This document shows, one piece after another, positions 39,356 to 47,856 of a stretch of DNA of 64,000 bases (positions are counted from its first letter, which is position 1; each line of letters opens with the position of its first letter). Made by a program: the position numbers and the translations under genes. The notes under the pieces are model-generated. The model was not told the DNA's origin. It was given only the letters and a program-made list of their open reading frames with translations, and did not search any database. The stretch is from assembly GCA_043801965.1 (NCBI GenBank), contig JAZDLN010000051.1, positions 19,720-83,719 of the forward strand, given 5' to 3'. The DNA comes from Candidatus Falkowbacteria bacterium. GTDB taxonomy: Bacteria > Patescibacteriota > Patescibacteriia > Patescibacteriales > UBA12075.

Positions 39356-40519
39356 TTAAAATGCCTGTTTCCCTTCAACTGAGTTTCTGAACTTCCCGTA
39401 CTCTTCCTCGATAAATTTCACGATCTCGTCCTTAAACCTTTCCTTTGAAAATTTAAGGGCGTGCCCCCTGATCGCGCCCGGGTCATACCTGGCCGCGTCG
39501 AATTTTTTTACCGCCCCGACGATGGCCGTCGCGGTCTGCTCGTCGAAAAACTCTCCGGTCATTCCCTCTATGACGGTCTCCGTGGCGCCGCTCTTCCTGA
39601 AAGCCAGCACCGGCCGTCCGGAGGCCTGCGCCTCCACGACCGTGATGCCGAAATCTTCGTCCTGGGGATGGATAAACGCCTGAGAGAGCGCGTAAAGCTC
39701 CGCCCGTTTTTCGTCGTCCACGCGCCCCAGGAACTCTATATTTCCGGCGGCGCCGGCGATCTTTTTAAGCCTGGGCATATCCGGACCGTCGCCGAAAACC
39801 TTTAGCTTTAAACCGAGATCTTTAAAGGCCTCGATCACGATATCGATCCTTTTATACGGGTTCAGGCGGCAACCGGCCAAAAAATATTTTTCTTCGGCTT
39901 CGCGTTCGGCAATATAAAATTTATCAAGTTCTACCGGCGGGTAGATCAGGGTCGAATTCTGACGGTAGTATTTGCTTATACGGCTCCGGACGGTTTTGGA
40001 GTTGGCGATATACCGGTCAACCCGGTCGGCCGCTGTCCGGTCCCAGACCCGGACATAATTCAAAACCAGCGAGATCAGTTTTTTAAAATATTTATTGTAT
40101 TTAAGTTCGCTGATATACTTGTGCGTGTAATCCCAAAGATAACGGGTTGGAGTATGGCAATAGCAGACATGAAGCGTATCTAATGGCGTGATCACGCCCT
40201 TGGCGAAAGAGCTTGAGTCCGACAAAACAAGATCATAAGAACTTAAATCGAAAAATTCTATGGCCATGGGCATGAAGGGCATGTACCATTGGTAATGCCT
40301 GACGCCGCCCGGAAGCTTCTGGATGATAGAGGTATATATTTTCTTGCCGGCATAATATTTTTTCGCGTTCTTCTCTTCGTAAAGCAGGGTGTAGATCGGC
40401 GCTTCCGGAAAAATTTCCGTAAAAACGCGTAAAACCGCTTCCGCTCCCCCGTCCTGGGCCAGGTGGTCGTGGACAAGGGCCACTTTTAGTTTTAAGTTAT
40501 TACCTTGATTATTTTCCAT
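39356..40519 (-). CDS. glycosyltransferase family 4
   Basis: VALVHD.L...GGAE, YCHTP.RY.W, EDFGI..VEAQASG.PV. Confidence 0.93.
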   Translation of the reverse strand: MENNQGNNLKLKVALVHDHLAQDGGAEAVLRVFTEIFPEAPIYTLLYEEKNAKKYYAGKKIYTSIIQKLPGGVRHYQWYMPFMPMAIEFFDLSSYDLVLSDSSSFAKGVITPLDTLHVCYCHTPTRYLWDYTHKYISELKYNKYFKKLISLVLNYVRVWDRTAADRVDRYIANSKTVRSRISKYYRQNSTLIYPPVELDKFYIAEREAEEKYFLAGCRLNPYKRIDIVIEAFKDLGLKLKVFGDGPDMPRLKKIAGAAGNIEFLGRVDDEKRAELYALSQAFIHPQDEDFGITVVEAQASGRPVLAFRKSGATETVIEGMTGEFFDEQTATAIVGAVKKFDAARYDPGAIRGHALKFSKERFKDEIVKFIEEEYGKFRNSVEGKQAF

Positions 40520-40600
40520 ATTTATGATAGATTTTTTTTATCTACAAAATTTATTATTCGTTTGTTCTTTGTAAACTCGAAAAAAATGGTGGAGGCTTAT

Positions 40601-40774
40601 ATGAGATTTTTAGCACTGTATATCAGGCAAATTTTTTGCCAACATGACTGGGATAAAGATGAGGCCAATATCGCTACAACATTTTGCGATGAAATATCTT
40701 CAACCAACACATCCGTGTCCCTGCTGTGCAAAAAATGCGGCTGGCACCGATCCTTTAAAAAATATAAATTTTAA
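40601..40774 (+). CDS. small Zn-ribbon-like protein
   Basis: GGAGG SD before ATG 40601; FCQHDW...CKKCG motif. Confidence 0.6.
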   Translation: MRFLALYIRQIFCQHDWDKDEANIATTFCDEISSTNTSVSLLCKKCGWHRSFKKYKF

Positions 40775-40811
40775 ATCCATGACACCGCGGCCAAAAAATC
40801 CGTGGTTTTTA

Positions 40812-40912
40812 TTTTTTTGTCATCTCGAGCGCCAGCGAGAGATCTATAATGCGTCATGGGTGCCGCCTGTTTCGTATTATAGATTTCTCCCTTCAGTCGA
40901 AATGACAAAAAA
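40812..40912. mobile_element. family B MITE/REP-like element
   Basis: tgtcatctcga..gagagatctataatgcg..cgtattatagatttctc..tcgaaatgaca. Confidence 0.75.
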
Positions 40913-40949
40913 CAATGTGTTATTATATTTAATCGGCAATCAAAAATCC

Positions 40950-42374
40950 CTAAACGGCCTTCCGTCCCCGGATTATCGCCAACGGAGTCCTGAATAAAAT
41001 AGCCAGATCAATGAGCAGGGACCAGTTCTCGATATAATAGGTGTCAAGTTTTACCTCTTCTTCGAACGAGAGATCGCTCCGGCCCGAGATCTGGGCCAGG
41101 CCGGTTATGCCGGGTTTAATTGTCATAACCTTCTTGTGGCGAGCCTCATATTGCGTTACCTCCCGCGGCTGATGCGGACGCGGACCGACCAGGCTCATAT
41201 TGCCCCAAAAAACATTGAAGAACTGGGGTAATTCGTCTATGCTCCATCGGCGGATAAACCGCCCCAGGCGCGTAACGCGCGGATCATTGGCGATCTTATA
41301 GACCGGTCCTTCTTTGGTATTCTGTTCGCGGATCAACTCCTTTTCGTAATCTTCCGCCGCGCCGCTGGCGTATTCCGCGCCCGTACAGTACTGGATGAGC
41401 ATGGAACGGAATTTAAGCAGTTTGAATTTTCGGCCTGCTTGGCCGACTCTTTCGTTCATATAGAAGACCGGCCCCCGGGAATCAAGCTTTACCGCCAGCG
41501 CCGCTAAAAGAAACAAAGGACTGATTATGACAATAAGGATAACCGACCCGATAATATCGAAGATCCGCTTGATTATCCGTCCCCAGCCGTCCAGGGGCGT
41601 TTTCTTGACCTCGACGATCGGGATGCCCGCTATTTCAGTAACTTCCGTCTTCAGAACTTTGGCGCCTAAAAGATCGGCGGCATATTTAAAGGTTAGGTGA
41701 TATTCATCGGCGAAATCGTAAAGCCTTAAGGTCTCCGCCTTGCTTAAATTAGGGTCGCTCTGGATAAGCTCGTCCACATCTTTCGCCTTCAGGTATTCGA
41801 TCAATTCGTCCCGCGCCTCAAGATCGAAGCTCCTGAGCCTTTTTACGACCTCAAAACCGGAATCGCGGTTAACGGAAAATTCGTGGATAAGATTTTCCGT
41901 GGTTTTGCTGTTCCCCACCAAAACCACCTTGTGCACGCCGATACCGCTCCGGAATAAAGCGCGCTGGAGTAGCCGGACAAGGCTGCGGGCGAAACTTATA
42001 TAAATTATCGCCAATATCAAGCCGGCCAAAACTATAAAACGGGAGTCGAATAACTCCCGTCTGATGAAAATAAGCACTACAACCAGCATAAAGCCGGTAG
42101 AGCAGGCCAGGACCACGCGATAGAGCTCTTTTACGAGCTTTCTGGCGCTTCTGATATTATAAAGCCCCGCCAAGGCGAAGATTATAAGCCACAACGCCGC
42201 TACGATCGATACCGCCTTAAGATAACCGTAAAAATCAAGATTAAATATGACCGGACGGTATGTCTGGAAAAATTCGGCGTAACGTATGTAGTAAGCCGAG
42301 ATCCCCGCTAAAATTATGGCGGCGAAATCCAGGGGTACCAATAGAAACGAAAAAAATAATTCAGAACGTTTCAT
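40950..42374 (-). CDS. polyprenyl-phosphate priming sugar transferase (WcaJ/WbaP family)
   Basis: [47 protein letters not shown]. Confidence 0.95.
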   Translation of the reverse strand: MKRSELFFSFLLVPLDFAAIILAGISAYYIRYAEFFQTYRPVIFNLDFYGYLKAVSIVAALWLIIFALAGLYNIRSARKLVKELYRVVLACSTGFMLVVVLIFIRRELFDSRFIVLAGLILAIIYISFARSLVRLLQRALFRSGIGVHKVVLVGNSKTTENLIHEFSVNRDSGFEVVKRLRSFDLEARDELIEYLKAKDVDELIQSDPNLSKAETLRLYDFADEYHLTFKYAADLLGAKVLKTEVTEIAGIPIVEVKKTPLDGWGRIIKRIFDIIGSVILIVIISPLFLLAALAVKLDSRGPVFYMNERVGQAGRKFKLLKFRSMLIQYCTGAEYASGAAEDYEKELIREQNTKEGPVYKIANDPRVTRLGRFIRRWSIDELPQFFNVFWGNMSLVGPRPHQPREVTQYEARHKKVMTIKPGITGLAQISGRSDLSFEEEVKLDTYYIENWSLLIDLAILFRTPLAIIRGRKAV

Positions 42375-42460
42375 AATAACGAAGACGGCAGACAACAGAC
42401 GACGGAATGAATAATAAAATTTACATTCTATTTTCTGTTCACTGCTTTCTAAAATCCAAT

Positions 42461-42881
42461 AATATCAGGACGGGTTATAAGCCGGATTCTGTTCCCGTCG
42501 AATGACGGGAGATGGCCATTTATCTTGGCTTATCGTTGCCGATAAGCTCGTGCGAACCACTTTTCCCACGTGGAAGCGAAGCTTCTTTACGTGGTTTGTT
42601 CTTGCTCCAGGCAGGGTTTACCGCGAACACGCCGTTACCGGCGGTCGAAGCTTGTAGCCTTTTGACTCGAGATCAAAAAACACCAAGCGACTTTTCACTT
42701 TTCCCCCGAGGAAAGCAAAGCTTTCTTTTCGGGGTAGTATTGTCTCTGTGGCACTTTCCCTGGGGTTACCCCCGGTCGTCGTTAGCGACTGCCATGACAT
42801 CGGCATAAAACCGAAGGGAGTCCGGACTTTCCTCTCAAAGTCCTTGAGGAGTTTGAGCGGCCATCGGCCCATCCTGATATT
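42461..42881 (-). ncRNA. rnpB: RNase P RNA
   Basis: Minus strand has GAGGAAAGUCCGGACUC near the 5' end, AGUGCCACAGAG internally, and ACAGAAUCCGGCUUAU at the 3' end; the ends pair as P1 (AAUAUCAGGAUGGG/CCCGUCCUGAUAUU). Confidence 0.95.
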
Positions 42882-43030
42882 ATCGGAATTTAAAGTTCTA
42901 AAATTTATACTACCATTTATAATATAAAAAGTCAATCAAAAATATTATTAGAACTGGCGTGATGCAAATAAATTTTTTATTTAAATATTAGCAAAATATT
43001 AATATAATTTTAAGTTAACTATTAAAATAC

Positions 43031-43059
43031 TTGACAATATAAAAAATATATGCTATATT
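43031..43059 (+). promoter_or_regulatory. strong sigma70-type promoter
   Basis: TTGACA-17 nt-TATATT with TG extension. Confidence 0.7.
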
Positions 43060-43065
43060 AATAAA

Positions 43066-43201
43066 TTAGCGGTGGCGATCGGCCGGTCTTCCGGCCGGTT
43101 GCCACCGATATATACAAGTACAGCCAGTTTTATATAATAAAACAACAATCCGCCTAAAAACGGCCAAAAAAACCACTCTGATCTATAAAGGGTGGTTTTT
43201 T
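43066..43201 (+). ncRNA. candidate ~135-nt non-coding RNA
   Basis: Promoter, 17-bp 5' hairpin with G-U pairs only on the plus strand, terminator, no ATG-initiated ORF. Confidence 0.4.
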
Positions 43202-43216
43202 GGTTTTGTCGCGGTT

Positions 43217-43256
43217 TCCCCCTCTCCGGAATCGGAGAGGGGGCAAGGGGGTGAGG
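43217..43256. repeat. family A palindromic repeat
   Basis: cccctctccg-gaat-cggagaggggcaagggggtgaggc. Confidence 0.78.
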
Positions 43257-43262
43257 CAGGAC

Positions 43263-43291
43263 TTGACAAATCAATGAAAATTTGTTAAAGT
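43263..43291 (+). promoter_or_regulatory. sigma70-type promoter for the paralog array
   Basis: TTGACA-17 nt-TAAAGT with TG extension. Confidence 0.6.
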
Positions 43292-43411
43292 CAAAATAAT
43301 TTTCGCTCCTTGAAAATCAATTTTTACGGTGTCTGCCTGAATTAGCGGCGCTATGTCCGGGATGGGCCCGGATGTAAAACCGTTTGACGGCGGATGCAAA
43401 GGAGAAAAAAC

Positions 43412-44326
43412 ATGGAAAAGAAACCAATCACGACGGATCAGTTGGGCGAAATCATTGAACAGTCTAAAAAGAAAAATGGTCAACGGATCCATCGGGATAA
43501 CCTGCAGGCTTTTTTGCGTAATCCCAGGCTGGTTGATACTAAACCCTATAGATCAGGCGCTTATTCTATCGCGGTTAATTATGATAAAAATATTGAAGAG
43601 ATGATAGACGACGGTCGTTACAAGCGCGTATATCGTAGTTCTATAAACTTTAGCTCTGATAATTTAAAACATCACCAAAAAAAAGGTAAAGGTATTACCA
43701 GCGTTGAAATTATTTGCCCGAACGAGGTGATTAGTAGCGATGACTTCTTGGGCCGCTTAAAGAAAGACGGCCTGCGCCCGGCATCCATCCAGGAATTTTT
43801 GTCTTTCCTGAATACCCATCCTGAAATTCCGACAGGTTTATCTGTTGTTTGTCTTGATTCTTTTAAAAACTTGGGGGATCATCTTGTTTTCTGTGTTAGG
43901 TCCAGTCACTCCGAAAGAACCCTTACGGCTACATTTTATGACACAAAATGGGATAAAGACACTAATTTCCTCGTTGTCCGTGAATCGGTCCAAGCACCGC
44001 AACCGCTCAAAACCTTTCTCCTCTTTGAGGAAATCCATGATCCTACCGTACCCGGCCCAGATTCCAGAAAAATACTGGCCACGATCCAGGCTACGGACGA
44101 AAAAGCTGCCGCCGCTCATCTTGGGGGCGAATATATAAGATTCCTCGGCCCCCTGGATAATGGACCCAGTATATTATTGCCCAGGAAACTTTTCAAACCA
44201 TGCGGGAAATACAGGACGCGTGATATGATGGAATTTAGACAAAACGGACTTAATATTCGCATAGATGCCAGATGTGCAGAGCACTATATTCGCATAGAGG
44301 AAGTTCCAAATATTATCGCGTCATAA
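43412..44326 (+). CDS. two-domain hypothetical protein; C-terminal domain is copy 1 of the array domain
   Basis: AAGGAG SD before ATG 43412; N domain with GLRPA...EFL; C domain LKTFLL...A.DE..AA..LGG.Y...I.LP..LFK. Confidence 0.75.
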   Translation: MEKKPITTDQLGEIIEQSKKKNGQRIHRDNLQAFLRNPRLVDTKPYRSGAYSIAVNYDKNIEEMIDDGRYKRVYRSSINFSSDNLKHHQKKGKGITSVEIICPNEVISSDDFLGRLKKDGLRPASIQEFLSFLNTHPEIPTGLSVVCLDSFKNLGDHLVFCVRSSHSERTLTATFYDTKWDKDTNFLVVRESVQAPQPLKTFLLFEEIHDPTVPGPDSRKILATIQATDEKAAAAHLGGEYIRFLGPLDNGPSILLPRKLFKPCGKYRTRDMMEFRQNGLNIRIDARCAEHYIRIEEVPNIIAS

Positions 44327-44340
44327 GAAGGAGAAAAAAT

Positions 44341-44640
44341 ATGGCTACTCTGCAAACTTTCCTGCTTTTTAGCCACTCCCTCTTTGGTCCGGAATACGAG
44401 GAGAGGCACGATATACTGGTGGACGCGCCGGACGAAGAAAGCGTCGCCCGGTATTTCGGCGGCCGTTATTGTCCGGACAGAAGAGCGATAGAGTTGCCGA
44501 AAGAATCTTTTAAACGCGTGCGCGTGCTCGGCAACCGGTATAGATGCTACCAAAAAAATAATCTTTGCATCTGGTCGACGATCGATCCGGACAGGTTTGT
44601 CCCGATCCGGAAAGCCGAAAAACTTATTATTACGGAGTAA
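44341..44640 (+). CDS. array-domain paralog 2
   Basis: AAGGAG SD before ATG 44341; LQTFLL..FGPEY..ILVDAPDEESVARYFGGRY. Confidence 0.75.
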   Translation: MATLQTFLLFSHSLFGPEYEERHDILVDAPDEESVARYFGGRYCPDRRAIELPKESFKRVRVLGNRYRCYQKNNLCIWSTIDPDRFVPIRKAEKLIITE

Positions 44641-44656
44641 CCCCGAGGAGTAAAAA

Positions 44657-44983
44657 ATGATAGACACGGTCTTGGCAACAAAAGCAAAAAAATTAAAAAC
44701 CTTCATTCTCCTGGGAGACGACCCCTTAGGTCCGTGGGAATGCGCCCGGGGGAGATACTGCGTGCTCGTTGAAGCCGAAAACGAAGAAGCGGTCGCGAAA
44801 TATCTGGGCGGCCGGTACTCGAAAAGCTTATCGGCGATTTTCCTTCCCAAAGCTCTCTTTAAGCCGTTCCTCCCCGGCGTCTTAAAGTTCGAGAAAGATC
44901 GCTTTTGCGCTTATCTTAAAAGCAGTTTTGTCGAACGGGGCATTCGAATACAGGTGCCGGAAAAAATCAGGATAAAAGCTTGA
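44657..44983 (+). CDS. array-domain paralog 3
   Basis: GAGGAG SD; LKTFIL..DPLGP..VLVEAENEEAVAKYLGGRY..AIFLPKALFK. Confidence 0.75.
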   Translation: MIDTVLATKAKKLKTFILLGDDPLGPWECARGRYCVLVEAENEEAVAKYLGGRYSKSLSAIFLPKALFKPFLPGVLKFEKDRFCAYLKSSFVERGIRIQVPEKIRIKA

Positions 44984-45008
44984 TCATAACCCATTAATCG
45001 GAGGGCAC

Positions 45009-45338
45009 ATGAAAGAAGCCGCTAAAACCCTGACCACTTTCATTCTCTCCGGCCACGATCCTTTCGGGCCGGAGTATGAAGACGGCTGGTCCGGATCGGA
45101 CTGGGGCAAAATTCTTGTTGACGCCTCTGACGAAGAAAGCGTGGCCAGATATTTCGGCGGCCGGTATTGCCCCGAAATACAGGCCATAGAATTGCCCAAA
45201 AAGTTATTTAAACGGACAACTCACAATGGCCGGAGATGCCGAAAATTTGTAAAAGACAGTTTGATTGTCTTTATGACCGGCGACACCGACAGGTTTCGCC
45301 CGATCCGAAAAGCGGATAAACTAATTATCAGAGATTAA
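45009..45338 (+). CDS. array-domain paralog 4
   Basis: GGAGGG SD; LTTFIL..DPFGPEY..ILVDASDEESVARYFGGRY..AIELPKKLFK. Confidence 0.75.
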   Translation: MKEAAKTLTTFILSGHDPFGPEYEDGWSGSDWGKILVDASDEESVARYFGGRYCPEIQAIELPKKLFKRTTHNGRRCRKFVKDSLIVFMTGDTDRFRPIRKADKLIIRD

Positions 45339-45343
45339 AACTC

Positions 45344-45369
45344 AACGGCTGAAAAATCAGCCGTTTTTT
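45344..45369 (+). terminator. terminator of the paralog operon
   Basis: aacggctga-aaaa-tcagccgtt followed by a T-run. Confidence 0.75.
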
Positions 45370-45471
45370 ATTTTGTCATTCTGGAGAGAAGCTGCAGCGA
45401 AGCGATAGAATCCCGTTTTGACTGGTTAATGGCCAATAATCGTATATTACCAGCGAACTCAATACCCCGCC

Positions 45472-45678
45472 GCCCGGGGGTAAACCCCCAGGGCTACCAT
45501 TTCGGTTTTTTAAGCCCGCTAAAGCGGGCTATTAATTAAAGCGTCTTGATAAAAATCAAACTTTTGTTGTTCCTAACTTTAGTCACAAGCAGATATGAAC
45601 CCTAACGGGACGTTTTAGTTAATAGCGCCCTTTAGGGTGCTTTTTATTTTGTTAGCCCTGGGGGTTTACCCCCGGGGC
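45472..45678. mobile_element. ~207-bp non-autonomous element with long imperfect inverted ends
   Basis: gcccgggggtaaacccccagggcta / tagccctgggggtttacccccggggc, plus inner hairpins agcccgctaaagcgggct and agcgccctttagggtgct. Confidence 0.65.
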
Positions 45679-46499
45679 TAACCATGCTTCCTCCTTAGAT
45701 AATCAACCACCCCTAAAGTCGAACGATTCCCCTTCTCCGGCGGGAACCAGGTCTGGCCCGAGAGAAGCGGATGCCCTTCGTGCTTATAGAAGATCTTTTT
45801 CTCCTCCCGCTCCCACATGGCGAAAACCTTATCCGCTTTCCGCATGTCTATCTTCTGCTCGTAATCAAGTAAAGCCCTGTTCAAATACAAAAATCCCTTC
45901 GGGAACTTCTTGCTTATCCGAAGCGTCAACTCCCAATCCTCCCAGAATTTAATATTCTCGTCCCAGCCGCCCAGCTTCATTATCTCTTTGCGCTTATGGC
46001 ACATCGAACTAGTGTCGATCATGATCCGCCGGTGCCATAACCGCTTCAGATCGAAATACCGATCCGCGTTGGTGTATTCGTCCCGTACCCTTTTTTCCTC
46101 CCCGTTCTCATCGACTAAAGTCAAGCGGTAATTCTTCTTGCAGAAAACGAGGACCCTGTCCTTGTCTCCCGCGAACGCTTTACCCATAAGTTCTAAAAAC
46201 TCCGGATACCAGGCGTTGTCGGAGTCGAGGTAGGCGATAAGCTCACCCTTGGCCTGCTTCAGGCCGTAATTCCGGACCGCGGCCGGTCCGATATTTTTCT
46301 TTAATTTAAAATACCGGATCCGCGGGTCGGTAAATTGCCGCGCTAATTTCTCCGTCGCGTCGCGGGAGGCGTCGTCTATGATCAATAATTCAAAAAACGG
46401 ATAAGTCTGCGCCAAGACCGACTGGATCGCGCGCCACAATATATAGCAGCGGTCACGCGTGGCGGTAATGACCGAGAATTTCGGTTTATAATTTTTCAT
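45678..46499 (-). CDS. glycosyltransferase family 2
   Basis: FSVI..T.DR, IIDDAS.D, RN.GL..A.GE.IAYLDSD, EDWEL. Confidence 0.92.
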   Translation of the reverse strand: MKNYKPKFSVITATRDRCYILWRAIQSVLAQTYPFFELLIIDDASRDATEKLARQFTDPRIRYFKLKKNIGPAAVRNYGLKQAKGELIAYLDSDNAWYPEFLELMGKAFAGDKDRVLVFCKKNYRLTLVDENGEEKRVRDEYTNADRYFDLKRLWHRRIMIDTSSMCHKRKEIMKLGGWDENIKFWEDWELTLRISKKFPKGFLYLNRALLDYEQKIDMRKADKVFAMWEREEKKIFYKHEGHPLLSGQTWFPPEKGNRSTLGVVDYLRRKHG

Positions 46500-46602
46500 G
46501 GTTTTTTGCTTGAAATTATGATTTAATATTCTTTTCTCGCTTTACATATTATATCACGACTGTTTTAAAACAAAAAACCGCCTTAAAGACGGTTTACGGT
46601 TT

Positions 46603-47331
46603 TTAGATACAGGCCGAAACATATTCCCAGATGATGGGCAGGGCATCGCCCAGTCTCGCGGCCGCGGAGAAATTTTTATCTTTAAACAGGCAGACGGCGC
46701 TTAAAAGGCCGACCAGTGATCCGTCCGGCGTTATAACGACGCCGCCCGAATCGCCCACGGCCGCATCAATGTTCATATTAAAATGACCGTAATACTGCGT
46801 TGATGTATATTTTTGGCAGCGGATTATCGATTCCCCTTTGACTGAATATTCGTTCACGACCGTATGGCAGACCGTATTAAAAATACTGCCGGTAAAATTA
46901 CCTTCTTTGCGCACCAGTCGCTCTCCGCGCCTGCCTAAATATATTATCGGCTGGCTGAGTTTTTTTTCAGGTGGAACGTAAAATTTAAAACAGTTGCACT
47001 CATCGCCGGATAATGGAATTTTACACAAAGCAAGATCGTGGTCGGGGTCGCGGACGCATATTCGCGCGCGCGACGACGTTCTGCCGTCGGACATCCTAAG
47101 TTTCATTATACCGGGCGGGTAAATCAAGCAGTGGTCGCAGGTCAGAAAATAACCGTCCTGGGTCAGAAGCAGGCCGTTTCCCAGGTGGCTGCCGTCGGGA
47201 TAAAGTATTTCGATAACGGCGTTGGCGATATAATTTTCGGAGAATTCAGCGGTGGATTTCTGGAAATATCCGATGTTACGCAAAAAACATGAGAGCGACC
47301 GGGGTCTTGCCGTCTGCGGGTAAACGAGCAT
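46603..47331 (-). CDS. trypsin-like (S1) serine protease
   Basis: GYFLTCDHC, DLAL, GDSGG. Confidence 0.8.
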   Translation of the reverse strand: MLVYPQTARPRSLSCFLRNIGYFQKSTAEFSENYIANAVIEILYPDGSHLGNGLLLTQDGYFLTCDHCLIYPPGIMKLRMSDGRTSSRARICVRDPDHDLALCKIPLSGDECNCFKFYVPPEKKLSQPIIYLGRRGERLVRKEGNFTGSIFNTVCHTVVNEYSVKGESIIRCQKYTSTQYYGHFNMNIDAAVGDSGGVVITPDGSLVGLLSAVCLFKDKNFSAAARLGDALPIIWEYVSACI

Positions 47332-47433
47332 TCCATTTTCTCCTTAATTTTAAAAGTTCAGATATTTTAACCTATTATATTTTACCACATGATAATTAAT
47401 AAAAAAAGGGGTCATTATGATCCCCTGTTTCTT

Positions 47434-47814
47434 TTATTTGCTCAAATAACAAGACTCTTCACTCACCTCGTAAAATACCCGATAACCCCGGTATATACGC
47501 GGATATTTATCCGTATCATTAAAGTCGTAAGGATAAGAATCCTTAAGCGCGACCCAGATGCAGTAATCAGACAAGTTCTCGCCTTTTACGAGGGTAAATT
47601 CCGCTTTTTTCCGCATCTCACTCAAGGTGGACTCGCCGCAACCGATGACCAGGGGAACCCTGAATATAAAATCCTTATACTCCGTTAGTACTTTTCTAAA
47701 TTGCTGAATTTCTTTTATTCGCCTCTTAGTACGCTTTATACCAACAAGTGACGCTATTATCCCTATGGTCACAATCACTAATATCCAGACCAAAGCAGTA
47801 TCCGCAGCGTTCAT
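47434..47814 (-). CDS. hypothetical protein with N-terminal TM
   Basis: AAGGAGGGAG SD; 126 aa. Confidence 0.6.
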   Translation of the reverse strand: MNAADTALVWILVIVTIGIIASLVGIKRTKRRIKEIQQFRKVLTEYKDFIFRVPLVIGCGESTLSEMRKKAEFTLVKGENLSDYCIWVALKDSYPYDFNDTDKYPRIYRGYRVFYEVSEESCYLSK

Positions 47815-47856
47815 CGCTCCCTCCTTTTTTTTCTTTTGATTAAAAAAGGACCAAAA

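Noticed and set aside
42512-42935. ORFs 42512-42808 (+) and 42618-42935 (-)
   Set aside because: They overlap the RNase P RNA and have no protein-like features.
43412-45338. Diversity-generating retroelement behind the paralog array
   Set aside because: There is no reverse transcriptase or template repeat, and the differences are not adenine-specific by eye.
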